The position numbers and the translations under genes were made by a program. Below are positions 32,426 to 61,522 of a stretch of 64,000 nucleotides of DNA, one piece after another. Origin of the DNA: the human T2T-CHM13v2.0 reference genome, Homo sapiens. Numbering within the stretch: position 1 is the first letter of the stretch; each line of letters opens with the position of its first letter. The notes beneath the pieces are model-generated. The model had not been told where the DNA came from, made no database searches, and saw only the letters and a program-made list of their open reading frames with translations. The DNA lies in assembly GCF_009914755.1 (NCBI RefSeq), contig NC_060929.1. One strand, 5' to 3'.

Positions 32426-32727
32426 TAGATCTTGAGAATTGTATGGCTTTTCTCTAGATGAGGAACCAGCAAACTCTTTAAACAGCCAGCTAGCAATTAT
32501 TTTAGGCTTTGGGGTTCACATTCTCTACTAATACCCTTTTCTGTTGTTTTCTAAACCTTTTAAAGTTGTATATACCATTCTTAACTTGAGGGCCATACAC
32601 AAACAGGCTATAGGCTGTGGATTGCCAACTCCTGCTCTAGATAGTATTCATTATTTTGCATTTATTAATTGGGGTAATGTATACATGGGTGATGGATAAA
32701 AATTAAGTCATACAGTACAGGTATATA

Positions 32728-33064
32728 CAGTCAGCCCTCTGTATCCGTGGGTTCTGTATTCCTGGATTTAACCAGCCACAGATAGGAAATATTCAGAAAA
32801 AATAAAAAACAACTAGAAATAACAATACAAGAGTAAAAAATAAAACAAATAAAAAACAATACAGTATAACAACTATTTACATAGGATTTACACTGTATTA
32901 GATACCACAAGTAATTTAGAGATGACTTAAAGTATATGAGAGGGTATGCATATGTTATATGCAAATACTACACTATTTTATGTCAGGGACTTGAGCATCC
33001 ACAGATTTTGGTATCCACAGGAGGTCCCAGAACCAATCCCCCACGGATACCAAGGGACAAGTGT
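32728..33064. mobile_element. MER2 (Tigger-group) DNA transposon
   Basis: Terminal inverted repeats cagtcagccctctgtatccgtggg ... ccacggataccaagggacaagtg with flanking TA. Confidence 0.85.
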
Positions 33065-33426
33065 ACATTGAAAAACAGCACTCTCTTATCCCCATTCCCT
33101 CAGTTCTTTGCTTCAGAAACAAATACTGTGATCAGTTTCTTGTGTATCTTTCCAGCGATATTCTATATATAAATCCTGTGTAACAGATTATTCCTTAAAC
33201 AGTGATGTGCCTGATTACTCACCTAAATATTTGTAATAAATATTTGTAATGAAAGTTTCTAGAAGGTTACATAAGGAATTCAGTGGCAGTTATTCCTTTT
33301 AGAGTGCTATTAGGAAACCTGGGAACACAAGGATTTGTATAGCCTAAATACCCTTTGGTACAATGGACTTTTTAAAAAGCATATATTACACTTTATTATT
33401 TAGTAGCAATTTTTTAAATATCATTA

Positions 33427-33609
<183 letters not shown>

Positions 33610-33656
33610 TTAATTTAGCCAGGCATAGTGGCACGTGCCTGTGGTCCAGCTACTCA

Positions 33657-33758
<102 letters not shown>

Positions 33759-34594
33759 TCATAAAAAAGAAGCATGTTCAAAAGTTAGGGGAGTTAAGTT
33801 CTGTTGTTAACTCTACTGCTTATTAGCTATATGATCTTAGGAAAATTACTTAACCTTTCCGACCCATAGTTTCTTCAAGTATCAAATCAGAATAATAATC
33901 ATACCCAACTCAGGATTGTTATAATGAATAAAGCACTGAAGATATGCCACAACATTGTGCTTAATGAATTTTAGCCCTTGGGTATAACCTTTTCCTGAGA
34001 ATACTCCTAAATAGGATTACTGGGGCCAGGTGTACCCACCTATATAATGGATCCATGTAGCTGTGCTAAACAAGGGGAAACATTATCCTACAAAGTTTGT
34101 ATAGCAAGCCTCTTTCTCCCCTTGTGTGGTGCCTCCTGACCGAGGTTCTATGTCTTTGACATTCTACCTCCAGTATTGCCTTTGTACTTCAGAGATCTCT
34201 TCTGTTGTTAGAGAAATGGCTGCAAAGTGAACATAGGGAGTTCTTTGTTGTTGTTATTAAAGATATGTATATTTCCTGTAAACAGCTAAGTCTGTTTAGA
34301 TCCTAGGACATGGCATTTATATAGCAGAATATTATTTAAAATATTTTCATCTCGTGACCCATTAGCCACCAAGTATGCTTCCTTAGGTAATTTTTACATA
34401 GTAGTACCATGCCCAGCTGGATAGAGTTGCCTTGAAGAAGTGATATTTACAATAAAACAAAATTTTACAATATTTACAATAAAATTATTACAATAAAAAT
34501 CTAAAGTATACATTTTGCCTGATTCTCCCATACATACCTTTAAATAATTATCTAAGATGTTCTTGTATCACAAGGAAGGTTGTCTCTTCCTTAA

Positions 34595-34924
<330 letters not shown>

Positions 34925-34957
34925 TAATGGGATGTTGCTTGTTTTTTGAAAGAATAA

Positions 34958-35113
<156 letters not shown>

Positions 35114-35353
35114 TAAGACTCTCAAACATTTTTTTCCCCCAACTCTACTAACTTTCAGTCCTAGATATGTTCCTAAATTTGCAAGATACATTGCTTTTAA
35201 AAAAGTAGTATTCAGCTACTTGGGACACTGAGGCAGGAGAGGACCACTTGAGGCCAGGAGTTCCAGACCAGCCTGGGTAATGTAACAAGACCCTGTCTCT
35301 AAAAAAAGGTTTTTTAATTAGCCAGATATGGTGGCACCTACCTGTAGCCACTA

Positions 35354-35512
<159 letters not shown>

Positions 35513-35997
35513 TCAACACATTTACTAACAATAGTAGACATTATTGAGTGTTTTCTGTGTACCCTTTATCTAAGATTTTTCCTTGCCTTATCTCATGTAC
35601 TCCTTACAACAGTCTTATGGTTTTATTATTATTATGTCAATTTTATAGATGAGGAAACCAAGGTTAAGTAAATTGCCCCAAGTCACATAGTAAGTGGGCA
35701 TGTTTTTAGTCTTTGTATGGTAGCTGCCCCTAAATATGAGATACTATACAAGGTCTTAAAGAGAATTAAAGATGAGTAGTACATAGGCATTCCCTGTTCT
35801 AAGTAGAGTAAGAAAGAAATACTAACCTAACAACAGAAAAGTAAATTACTTGACAAGTAAATTACAATGCAAAAATTTGGCTGGGCGTGGTGGCTCACGC
35901 CTGTAATCCCAGCACTTTGGGAGGCTGAGGCGGGCGGATCATGAGGTTAGGAGATCGAGACCATCCTGGCCAACACGGAGAAACCCAGTCTCTACTA

Positions 35998-36276
<279 letters not shown>

Positions 36277-36955
36277 CTAGATTCTCCATCAGGTAATTTA
36301 TTTGACTGGCTGTTCATATCACCTTGAAAGAATGGAGAGAGTAGTTCTTTTTGAGTGAAAGCCTTTGGTATTGAAGCTGGAGTGAAAGAATATTGACATA
36401 AATATTACAGTGATTTTTCTCTAAAATAATTCTTAAATCATGTAATCTCAAACAGCCAGAAAACTAAAATAAAACCATCAGACAAACTTTTTGTCCCCAT
36501 GAGCATAGGAAAACCAGAACTAGCTTATTTTAAAACTAATCTCCCACGAACTGTCATATTATTCTCTCTGGTGTAAACAAAAGAAAATCAGTTGTAAGGT
36601 AGCAAGATAAAACGGGAAATTAGAATCAATAGTACTTTAGGCCAGAACATGAACAGCCACTAAGATTTGTCATGTTTTGGTTATTAAAAATAATTCAGCA
36701 GATCTCTAGAAGAATATGGAAAAAGCTGAAACAGTGGTTGCCTCTGGGGAGAGGAATTCTATGGCTAAATGATGAAGTATATGAGTGAGAAATTACTTCT
36801 TTTGCTATGTGCACGTATTATCTATTCAAAATACTCATTGTAATTTTTACTTAAAATATTCAGAAACATCCCTAAAATGTAAACATCATAAAGCTTTAAT
36901 TATTGACACTAACAAAGCAGTGATGTGGAAGAATAATTCACAGTAATATTAATCA

Positions 36956-37407
<452 letters not shown>

Positions 37408-38074
37408 CTAGAAATACTGAAAAATACCTATTATTTTGTTATTTCATGAAGTCTCAAGCTAAGTTTAAAACTTCAACAACAACAAAATAGGCCTGGAAAC
37501 CTTGGAATCCTAAGTCCAGCCCACAGACTTCCACTGAAACCCACTCTGCCTACTGAGCATGCCCAGTTAGCTCCTCATCACCAGCAGAGAGTTCTATCAC
37601 AGACTTGAAAATATGATGAGACTGCAACAGTAGTGAGTTTAGACTGTGCTTGGTATTGAAGGGAGAAAAAAAATAGCATAAAGGAAAAGTAGATGACACT
37701 GAAAGAAAAGTCTCCCCAAACCAACCATGACCCTAAAGAGCCAGACCCTCGGCATGGAGGCTTCGCTATGTCTAGGGAAGTGAGGTGGGTGTTTAGGGTC
37801 CAGAAGCCTAGAAAATGTCATTAATTAAAAGGAAAAAGTAACAGGACAAGTGGGCAAGCAGGCAGGCCTCCATGCCTCCTTTTTTCTTTCTTTTTTTACT
37901 CCCAGCAAATTCGTGAATATTTGTGGAGGAGGAATTAAAACACTAGAAGCATTAGCCAATCAGAGCTTCCAAAAGGTCCACCTAAACTTAATACCTTAAA
38001 AGCATCAATGTGGCCGGGCGCGATGGCTCACGCCTGTAATCCCAGCACTTTGGGAGGCCAAGGCGGGCGGATCA

Positions 38075-38323
<249 letters not shown>

Positions 38324-38741
38324 TCAGATGATGTAGGATTTTTCCGATTATAATTGTATTTACTGGCTAGGCCTGGGTTCACACCTGTAAAATCCCAACA
38401 CTTGGGAGGCTAAGGTGGAAGGCTTACTTGAGGCCAAGAGTTAAGACCAGTCTGGGCAACATAGCAAGACCCTATCTCTACAAAAAGATTTTAAAATTAG
38501 TTGGGTGTGGTGGTGTTCACTTATAGTCCCAGCTACTCGGGAGGCTGAAGTGGGAGATTCCTTAAGCCCAGGAGTTCGAGGCTGCAGTGAGCCATGATCA
38601 CACCACTGCCCTGTAGCCTGGGTGGTAGTGAGATCCTGTCTCAATAGTAATAATAATTGTATATACAAATAAACGTGTCCTTAATTTTTTTTTTTTTTTT
38701 TAGCTTTCAGGAAACAGCCTTTTTTCATCACAGTGTGCTAA

Positions 38742-39079
<338 letters not shown>

Positions 39080-39334
39080 TAAAGTCAGTAGAACTTCCCA
39101 TTTTTGAAGAAGAAATCTCATTTTCTTGAATGCTCACTTTTAGTCTTTAACACAATGTGTAATCTTTTGGGTAAGAAAACAGGAAACATTTATTTCTTAA
39201 TATTTTAAGATATTTGAACAGCTTTATCTTTTATTTCCCAAGTGCCATATGAAGCATGTTATTATGGTAAATGTTAGTATAATGTATAATTTGCTATTAT
39301 CATTTTAGTTGTGGTGGTTGTGATGTTTAATTGA

Positions 39335-39436
<102 letters not shown>

Positions 39437-40231
39437 TAATGTGTAAAATTGACCCTTTGTAAAGACAATTTTCTGGGTAGAAGAATTTCCTTTTTGTTAA
39501 AGTGGTTCGTTTTTGTTTGTGTTCCTGTGAAGTCTGAAACAATTATTAAGAAAAGAAATGAGTGAAAAAAATACATACGTTGAAACAGAATACTGTTTTC
39601 CTGGAAAAGTCTTCCAGGAAAAACTTTTTTTTCTCAATTTTATGTATGAAGCAAAAGTCCTGTGTGTTTTTTGTAATTTTGTCTGTGGTCGGATCTCTCT
39701 TCACCAGACAAAAGAAAAGTACACAATTTCTAAAATGGTCCATTTTTTATTGATGAGTATTTATACTGCCTTCTGCCTTCCTTCTTTTCCTCCCTATTTA
39801 AAAACTTTTCCGTTTGTAAAAACCACAAGACAAAGAAAAAAGAGAGAGCTGTGACTAGCACATTTTAAATGTGTTAGCTGTTTGTCAACAGGGATCTGAA
39901 TGCTATGGCCAAAGATACTTTTAGTCATAATTTATTTGTATATCATTTTGCAGTCTTTGAAGCATATATTTTCCCATTTGACCTGGTACTTGAGATGAGA
40001 AAGCTATAGCTTAAAATGTTCAAGTGACTTTTCTCAGATTTGATGCCAGGGCTAAGACTTCCAAGTCTCCTTCCTCTTAGTGTGGTCTTTCTCTTACTTC
40101 AGTAAGCTGGGTTTGCATATTTTATTTACTTATGGAATACAGTCAGACCACTGTGTTTGACTAAAGTTGAAGTATTGATTTAAGTATTGATTGAATTTAT
40201 AAGAATTTGCTGGTACTCTTTAAAATAAGAG

Positions 40232-43107
<2,876 letters not shown>

Positions 43108-43283
43108 ATGAGCAAAGCAAAAGAATATTTTGGTGAAACCTAAGCAAATCCAAGACTTAAACTTTTTTGTTTAACTTTTTTTTTTTTCCCCTGGGAGCAT
43201 ATATTCAAATTGCCCTGAATAAACACTTCCAAGACTTACACTTTTTAAAAATGGTAATTAAGAAGATCGTTATAAGATACTTA

Positions 43284-44570
<1,287 letters not shown>

Positions 44571-44986
44571 TCAACTTTTTAGAATCTAGATGAAATGGAT
44601 AATTTGATAGAAAATGTGAATTACCAAAATTGACCCAAGCCCAATGAAGTAGTTAAAGAATTATTCTAAAAAGAGGCATCTGGCCCAGACAGGCATATAG
44701 GCGAGTTCTACCAACACTTCAGAGAGCAGATAACTTTTATGACATAGAAACTGTTAAGGAAAAAATAATCCCAATGCATAAAAATATTAAAAATTAAAAG
44801 TTTTTCATATTTAAGGTGTTGGATATCCCAGTTACCCTGATTTGATCTTTATATGCTATTATGAATCACATGTACCCTGAAAATATGCACATCTTTTATG
44901 TATCAATAAAAGTAAAGATTTGTCAATAAGGCCATTAATGATTAAAGAAGCTTATAAAAACAACTGTCATACAGTGTAATTTTTAA

Positions 44987-45142
<156 letters not shown>

Positions 45143-45145
45143 TAA

Positions 45146-45600
45146 GTGTGTTCAGCAGAATAATGGCAAATCAGAGATGTGCACATCCTAATCTCTGGAA
45201 CCTGTGAATATGTTACATTATATGGCAAAAGGAAATTCGCAGTGTGATTAACTCAAGGATTTTGAGATGAGATTATCCTGGATTTATCAGGTGGGCCCAG
45301 TGTAATCACAAGGGTCATTAGAAGAGAAAGGCAGGAGGGTCAGAATCAGAGAGAGTGATTCGAAAATTCTACACTTCGGGCTTTGAAGGTGGAGGCCACA
45401 AGCTAAGGAACACAGGCAGCCTTTAGAAGCTAGAAAAGGCCAGGGGACAGATTATCCCTGGGATCTTACAAAAAGAATGCAGCCCTGTCAGCACCTTTAT
45501 TTTAGGACTTCTGACCTCCAAAACTATATAATAAATTAGTGTTGCTTTAAGCTACTAAGTTTGTGGTGATTTTTTATAGCAGCAGTAGGAAACTAATACA
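45146..45600 (+). mobile_element. MLT1D-like solo LTR abutting the exon 8 donor
   Basis: gcagaataatgg...cacatcctaatc.ctggaacctgtgaatatgttac...gcagcagtaggaaactaataca. Confidence 0.85.
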
Positions 45601-46434
45601 ATCTCTGTAGGTAAATAACCTGGTCACTAGAGCGTAAAATGAGTTTATCAGTGGTCTTACAGATTATCTCTTTAGGTTTGAAATACTTGTACTAAGGAGT
45701 AGGCCAGATAACTAATTCCAGTTCTTCTATAAAGATTTCTGTGCTGCTCTTCTCACTCTGTCCTCTAGAAGGCTTTATTCACCCTTATCCGGAACCAGGA
45801 GACACTGGTTAATCCAGTTGTAACTGGCAGCAGCATTGTAACTGCCCAGTGCAACTCAGGTTGCAGTTGGTAAGTTCTGGAAAGACTCCCAAAATACAGA
45901 TATCTGCCCCAACCTACTTTGCTCTTTTCTGCTTCCTACTGCCTAGGAAAGTAAATCCAACACCAGCACATCGCCACATTTCATTTTGGACCAAGCCATG
46001 GATCCTTTATAATTTTGTAGTTAACAAATCATTTTTAGAAATAGGATCCTTTTATCAGTTGGAAAACCTCGACCCTCATCATTTCTAGCCCTAGCACACA
46101 CATAATAAAAGATGTTCCATCGCTAAGATAATAAGCCCCTGTATTCCCAAGCAACATCTCACTTTCAGGCAAACAATGGTCTAGCAATCAAGCATTAAGG
46201 CACACACCGCATGTCACCTTGCACAGGTTAATCTCTTTCAGATTTCTTTAAAGGGATAGTAATTGTGCCTATTTCATAGAGTTGCTGTGAAAATTAAAGA
46301 ACATAATTTATGTAAGGTGACTAACATGGGGTAAACCTTTACTAGCTTTCAATTGATATTAATCCAAAGTTCAGCACACCTTAATTTCTGTTTTACATTG
46401 AAATGAACACATGCAGCTTTTCCTCACAGTATGA

Positions 46435-46611
<177 letters not shown>

Positions 46612-48520
46612 AACAAACAAAACATTAGGCTCCTGTTGTATCTTGGTTTAGTAACAGGCCCTTAATTAACTTATTTGTACATGAGTCTTCCAGAGAACAC
46701 TGTTTTATATTAACTTTCAGTTGAAATCTTTCAGATATTTTGAATCTCTGAACAACCATTGTCAGTTGTGAATGATGGTAAATTTTTTGGCATCAAGTCT
46801 CATAACCCCAACTGATAGAACTGTTGCTTATCTGTCTTCCTTAAGTATTTTTTAGGGTTTTGTTTTTTTTTTTGTTTGTTTGTTTGTTTGTCTTCACTTT
46901 TCCCCCAGGTCTGTTGAGCTGTATGAGATTCATTCATACTTCATTTATTCATTCAACTAATATTTGTTGAACACTTACATGTACCAGACATTATTAAGTG
47001 CTGGGTATATGGTAATGAACAGAATAGACAAGGCCCCTGCCCTTTTAGGGGAGACAGATGAGAAGTAAATTACGGGTTATGAGAAATGTTATGAAGGAAA
47101 GGACAACAACAGACATGTCTTAGTACTTAGGGTATCATGGCTTTATAGGAAAGTAACATTCTCTATCTTTTTTTTTTTTTTTAATTTTATAAAAATAGAG
47201 ATGGGGTCTCACCATGTTACCCAGGCTGGTCTCAAACTCCTGGGCACAAGCAATCCACCTGCCTTCGCCTCCCGAAGTGCTGGGATTACAGATGTAAGTC
47301 ACTACCCCAGCCAGAAACTAACATTCTCAAAAGCTACTACCAAAAAAACCCCACAAATTTGCCAATCCATGAAAGTATCATAGGAAGTCTACCTTTCCAA
47401 GGAATTTGGCATTGTGGCCCTGCTCTTGCCAAATGCTCTCCAGCATTGTTGGTATCAAGGTGGTCTGGTTGAGTAAACTTGACCAAACAAAAATTAACTG
47501 TTTTTTGCTTTTCTGTTTTTGTTTTGCTGATCAAAAAAGCCCTTCAGGGTCTTTTGTGCATCCAGGAGGTCATTGTAGATATCAATAATATAGTGCCTAA
47601 GTGCCACTTTATTGCCAAGTCTAGATTGATACTTTTTTCAGATAAACCAGCTTTTTATGTAAAGAGTAAGGGAAAAAGTTAAATCTTTAATTCTGACCTG
47701 CCATAAATACCCAAAGATATAAACTGTCTTCCACCACCCCCCTCATAACTAAGACATCCTTCCTGAGTCACTCTTAATCATGAAACTTGATTTTCTCAAT
47801 TGGCCAGTCTTCTGATCTTTAGTATCTCTTTAGTTCAGTAATTTTTACCTACCTACTTGATTTATTTTCCTTTAAAAGGTGAAATGACATTTAAAGAAAA
47901 ACAAACACCCATCATTCCTCAGTCCCAACACAGCAGTTCTTTTCACTCTTGCTTGTAACTTTCAGGCCTTACCCACATGTGTTCCTATAGAGTTGCATGT
48001 AGCTAAAATTATAGTGTGCTGCCTAACTTTGTGCTAATAACGAAGGACACACATTATCATTGCCTCACAGTGGATGGCACCTGACCCCATTTTTCCAAGG
48101 ATTCTATTTTCCAGTGAATTTTTGTCACCGAGTTAATTTCCCAAGTCTGATAGCATGAATGCTTATTTGTGCTGTGAAAAGCAGAGCAGCCTGACTCAGC
48201 TTTCCATTTTCATAGGATAATATGTGCCAAAAAAGGTTTATTTTCTTGGTAAAATCAGGATTGTAGAATTGTGCTATTTTTAATTTTTAAAATTTTTGGT
48301 TAGAGCTTATAGACATTACTTTTATGATTATTTTGCGTGCTAAATAAGTTAAAGGGTATGTTTTGAACTATAGCACTAATTAATGTGTGTGATCCTAGTA
48401 TGTTGATAGCTTTGATTTTGTGAGTGGTTTACTAGTCATTTATTATGATTCCCATGAACTCTGATATGATTCATTGTGGTTTTAACTCAGGTTGAATAAA
48501 AGCATCCATTTCTTTTATAG
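46612..48520 (+). other. C5orf22: C5orf22 3' UTR (end approximate)
   Basis: Runs from the stop codon to the AATAAA at 48495; contains an L2 fragment (~46925-47100) and an antisense Alu monomer. Confidence 0.75.
47169..47312 (-). mobile_element. Alu left monomer / FLAM in the C5orf22 3' UTR
   Basis: Reverse left-arm consensus; TSD-like taacattctc. Confidence 0.88.
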
Positions 48521-48569
48521 GAAGGTTTGTTTAATTCTCATGTTCTGTGATCATCTCTTTGAGAATAAA
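48495..48569 (+). terminator. Polyadenylation signals AATAAA (48495-48500 and 48564-48569)
   Basis: Canonical hexamers; the first is followed by a GU/U-rich tract (ggtttgtttaatt). Confidence 0.75.
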
Positions 48570-48905
48570 ATTCAGTCCCTAATAGTTGAAAAGAATCAAC
48601 TTAGTAAATTATGTCTTGCACATTCCAAATAGGAAGGTATTTACTTTATCAAGATGTGTTTCATTTGTGTTCTGAGTACCAGTGAGGGGATACCGTGGTA
48701 CAGTGTTTTGAATTGTGTACTAATATCATTAAAGCATGGGATTTTAGTGGCTTTTTAAAAAATGTGACTTAAGTGTAAGCGTAGACTTTAACTTAATAAG
48801 TTGTGTATTTCCTAGTATCTACGGGGAAAAAATTTAAGTCCAGCCTTTCATAATAACCTTTTGACTGTCAATTTTAGATCTCTTTAGAAACATTTCCTAT
48901 AGTTG

Positions 48906-51849
<2,944 letters not shown>

Positions 51850-54259
51850 GAACTTAACTCCTCAGGACATTATGAAGAAAAATACATATAAAGCCCTCAG
51901 CACTGGAATCATTTAGTAAACATTGGCTGTTGTTTCCAAACTCAGCCCAAATGAGAATATCCTGTGGTGGCTGCTCCAGTCTCGGCTGCTCTTCTCATAA
52001 TTCTCCAAATACTGATTATTTTCAACCGCCTATCAGCCCCCATCATATATCTGTGAATAACAGAATTTCAAGGTTAGAGGTCTATTCAAAAAAGGTGGGT
52101 TCTTGCCCATAAGGAAGGAAGAGATCACTTTAGGCAGTTACTGATAATTTAAAACTTTTGTCTTTCAGTTGGTGCAAGCATTCATTTATTCACAATTTTA
52201 AATCTTATACTCTCGTGCAATTACAGAGGGTCAAAGAAGTCAAAGCTTGCTCCAGCTTCTTTATACTTTCCCTTCTGCATGCTTGCAGATAAAACTCAGA
52301 TTTGTGATGCCAAATTTTTGATGTAGACAGTGTTTGGAAGTTGCTACCCCTGGACTTACGAATTGCCTTCATAGAATCTAGGGTTATCCTCACCATTTTT
52401 GGTACAGCTGATTTACAGGCAACTTGAAATAACAACAACAAATCCCTCATGAATCAGCCGAAGCGTGACAGGGAGGTGGGGTAAAGTGGGTACCTCCACC
52501 CAGTTCACCAGTATTTCCCAAACAACTCCCAAGCATTTCCTTCACCTGGGCCTCAGCCTGACCAAAGATGAACCTCAGCTTATTGAGTGGTAAGGAAAAT
52601 GGGATCATTAGAGAAAGGGGGAATGCCTTTGTCAGCTTGGCTTAATAAGATCACAACCCATCAGCTGACGCTGATGACTCAAGGAGGGAGGCTGAAGTCA
52701 GGGTTAGCGCTAGGCCCAAAGGCCAGCTTTTTGGGCAAATTACTCTGAGAACTGCACAGCCACACCATCTGCCCTCTGCAGCATTGCCCCATCTGGAGCA
52801 GGTATAATGAGGGGCAGCATCATCACAAAGTGGCACCTGAAGTATTGGTGGCTTTGGAATCAGTCTAAGTCCAAGTATTTCCTCTGCCCGTTACAAGTTG
52901 TATAAAGTTGGACAACTTAAAGTGTCAGAGTCCCTTGATTTAGGCACGATTCAAGGCCCAGCTTGCGTTCCTACAGGACAACTATGCTCTGTCAATGCAC
53001 TTCAGTGAGCTATTTCTGCCCTCCCCATCTGTCCATGAGCTCCTTGAGTGCATCCTTATACATTTTTGTTGCTCCGGTCTCTGGCATGGTCCCTGTCACA
53101 CCATAAGGCCTCTAAACATGTATAATGAATTAATAAATACTGAAAAATTGTGATGGTCACTGGAGGCTCGGTGGTGATAAGCCTTATTATCTGCTCTATA
53201 TTATACATCCTATTATGAACATGCCGTCTTTGAGAGCACATTAAACAAATGCATTAATGCAAGGATGAACACTTACCAAGGATTAAGTGTATTGAATACA
53301 AGAATCCAGAACAGCTAAAAGAAAAATACTTGTAATATAATGATTGTGTCCATAGAACAACTGTGTTATAAACAAAAGAAGTCCAAGGCAAATTGTGTTA
53401 TTTTCCCAGTAGTTTTGTGATCTGTTTTGTGTTCTTACGGTAAGGCCTGATAAGAACCATGTTCCACAATGCATGTGTAAGCATGACCTAAAAATACATA
53501 TAGTTTAAATTCCTGCCTAACATTCAAAATCTAACATTTGATATATCCAAAAACTGTATGAACTTTTGATCCCTAAATATATATTGTTTTGCCATTAAAG
53601 GAGTGACAGTTATTCTCACTTCTGATACTTACTTCCATTTCGAGGTAACTTCTGTTACAGTCCTGCCTTGCTCTGCCCTTTTACTCCTTCCTGAGTGAGG
53701 AAAAATGAAAGAAGAGAATTACAAGATGCCTTCTTATAGAAATATATGTTCTGTTTTGCCTTTCCATGCCTTTGGTTTGTAAGGACGGGCTCCATGGGAG
53801 AGGCTTACAGTTGTCCCATGCTGCCAGTGGATGACAAAGTCTGTCTCAATGCAGTGTTAAGAAGCTAGCTGTTGCCACAGACATAAGCCATGTTCTCTAA
53901 TATCAGTTTCATCAGTAATAGTGATATATCCATCTGCCTGAAGGCCTGCGCCTATTTCTGAGTTAGTAGAAACAGGAGAGAATGGTGATGTTTCTTGTGC
54001 TTCCTCAAACCCCAGCTCAACAGTGCTTGCTCGTTAAATAGTATGGACAGTTTATAAAATAGCAGCTCTTTGGAATTCTAATCAAAAAGGAGGGCAACTC
54101 TGACCATTGTGAATTAACCTAGAACAACATGCCTTCTCTGAATGCAGTCTGTTTTTCTGCTATACAGTGTAAACATTTTTAAACTTAAGATTTGTTTTGC
54201 TTTTAGACGTTTTTCTTGGATGTCCGACTGGTCATTTCATTTTTATTTGACATCATGCT

Positions 54260-55670
<1,411 letters not shown>

Positions 55671-57013
55671 CATGTTTTTTTCTTTTCTTTTTTTTTTTCT
55701 TTTGTTTTTTGAAGATTCAAATGAATATGGGATTCAAGATTGTGTAGCATGACCATTCCAGGTTTCACAGTCCTACTGCTTCCCTTTCTGGGCCCTGAAG
55801 TTAACATAGGACATCTGCCCTGGCTGTGAATTTGGCATCCGTTGCAGTGCTGACATTTTTATGATTATATTCTGAGTCTAATATGCATCATAGTCTGCAC
55901 TCCTGCAACAAGAGATGAGGATCTAATTAAAGTTGGCCATGAAAGCCTTTGGCTTTCATAGCATGCCCTGAGTTGATAATTGGCTTACCTGCTGTTCTCT
56001 GTGCTATTCTCTTCAAGGACTCCAGAAAAGTTTACAAAAGTCAGCCACCTCCACAATCCTTCCCTAGCCGAGTGCTTCCCCTTCTGCCTGTACCTCATCC
56101 TAAACAATCATTGGTGAAATTCTTAGTAAACATGCTAAGCCATGGGCTATCACTTCCCCCACTTAGACCAGCAGTGAGGTTCTTGTTGCTCCTGACCGGG
56201 GCATGAGCAAATTCTCATATCCCATTCTGAGGGTCTCCTTTATAGGACCAGCTCTAGTACCATCCGTCTTAGTTTAGGTTTCCCCAAAAGTAGACATTAA
56301 GGCAAGGATCTGGGTGAATGTAGTTTATTTGAGAGGTGATAGCAAGAAGTGAGGGAGTGGGGAAATGAGATAAGGAAGGTAGCAAAGTGATTAAAGGATG
56401 TACTAACAAGATTACTGCTTTAGCCAACAAGAGCTCAATTTCACTAGGATCCCCAGAAGAACTGGCAGGAACATGCTTCAGAATTGCCTGCTGAGACATG
56501 GGAATTTTGCACACTTATCCGTTGGTTCTCTTTCCTCTTTGGTTGAGGGTTGTCTCTGAGAAGCTGATAGGCTGTTAATTCCCAGCCACCCTGGGAAGCC
56601 CACCCTTGGATGGGCTAAGCAAGTTCCTGTGACACCTCAAAATGACTCAGGAAAAGAAGCAGAAAGATACAGACACATATTGGATGCTGTCAGGATGGGC
56701 AGTAACCATCCTCTGCAGGTAAACTTGGAAGGGAGATGGAAATACTGGATGGGACATCTGCAGCATCTGCTATAGCAAGAATTGAGAGGCCATTTCTGTA
56801 TTCCTTTCTGGCAGTTTTAAACCGAGTGTGTTCCTGAAGGTGTGGGAAAACAAGCATGCTGATATATTATTGTTAAAAATACATATTGGTACAGCCTCCA
56901 GAGGGCACTTTGGTGGTAGCTATTAACATTGAAGTATACTGCATACACTTTTAAATTCAGATTTTAGGAATTTCACTTCTAGGAATTTATCCTGCAGATA
57001 CTTGTGCAAAGAC

Positions 57014-60682
<3,669 letters not shown>

Positions 60683-61140
60683 AGACTTTTATACAAGGAT
60701 TTTCATTGTGACAGTAAAAGACTGGGGAGGAAGGTCTTTCAACAGGGACTGGTTAAGTTATCAGACATCCATATGGTGGTACCCTTACCACCACAGAAGG
60801 GGGCTCCTCTCTGTGTACTGATATTGAAAATTCCACCAGGAGGAAGAGAAAATATAAAATGATTAATAGTATATACAGGATGCCACTATGTATTTTCTTT
60901 TTCTTTTTTTTTCTTTTTTGTGTGTTCTAGGAGGCAAGGATGTATTTTATTTTTCTTATAACTTTTCTGTCATTCCTAGGGATTTGAGATAAGAGGGGGA
61001 GGCTCCAGGGTATGATTAATCTACCACATGATAGATTATGAAACTAATATGATGAAAACTTACAAATAACAACAAAGTTCAACAAGGTGGCTTAGATAGC
61101 AGATGGACATTCATAAATTAGTAGTTTTGTGATACACCAG

Positions 61141-61522
61141 TGATATGGTTTGGCTGTGTCCCCACCCAAGTCGCATCTCGAATTGTAGTTCCCATAATCC
61201 CCGTGTGTCATAGGAGGGACCCAGGTAGTTGTCATAGGAGGTAATTGAATCATGGGGGTGGTTATCCTCATGCTGTTCTTATGATAGTGAGTTCTCATGA
61301 GATCTGATGGTAAGGGGCTTAAGAGTGCCCTTTGCTCAGCACTCACTCTGTCCTGTCATCCTGTAAAGAAGGTGCCTGCTTCTCCTTTGCTTTCCGCCAT
61401 GATTGTAAGTTTCCCAAGGCCTCCCCAACAATGTGAGACCGTGAGTCAATTAAACCTCTTTCTTTTATAAAATACCCAGTCTCAGGTATTTCTCCATGGC
61501 AGTGTGAAAACAGACTAATACA
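61141..61522 (+). mobile_element. THE1-family solo LTR
   Basis: tgatatggtttggctgtgtccccaccc ... cagactaataca. Confidence 0.92.

Noticed and set aside
34443-34500. Repeated ttacaata(aaa) units resembling a small array
   Set aside because: AT-rich slippage repeat with no constant repeat-spacer structure; no CRISPR-like array was seen anywhere in the window.
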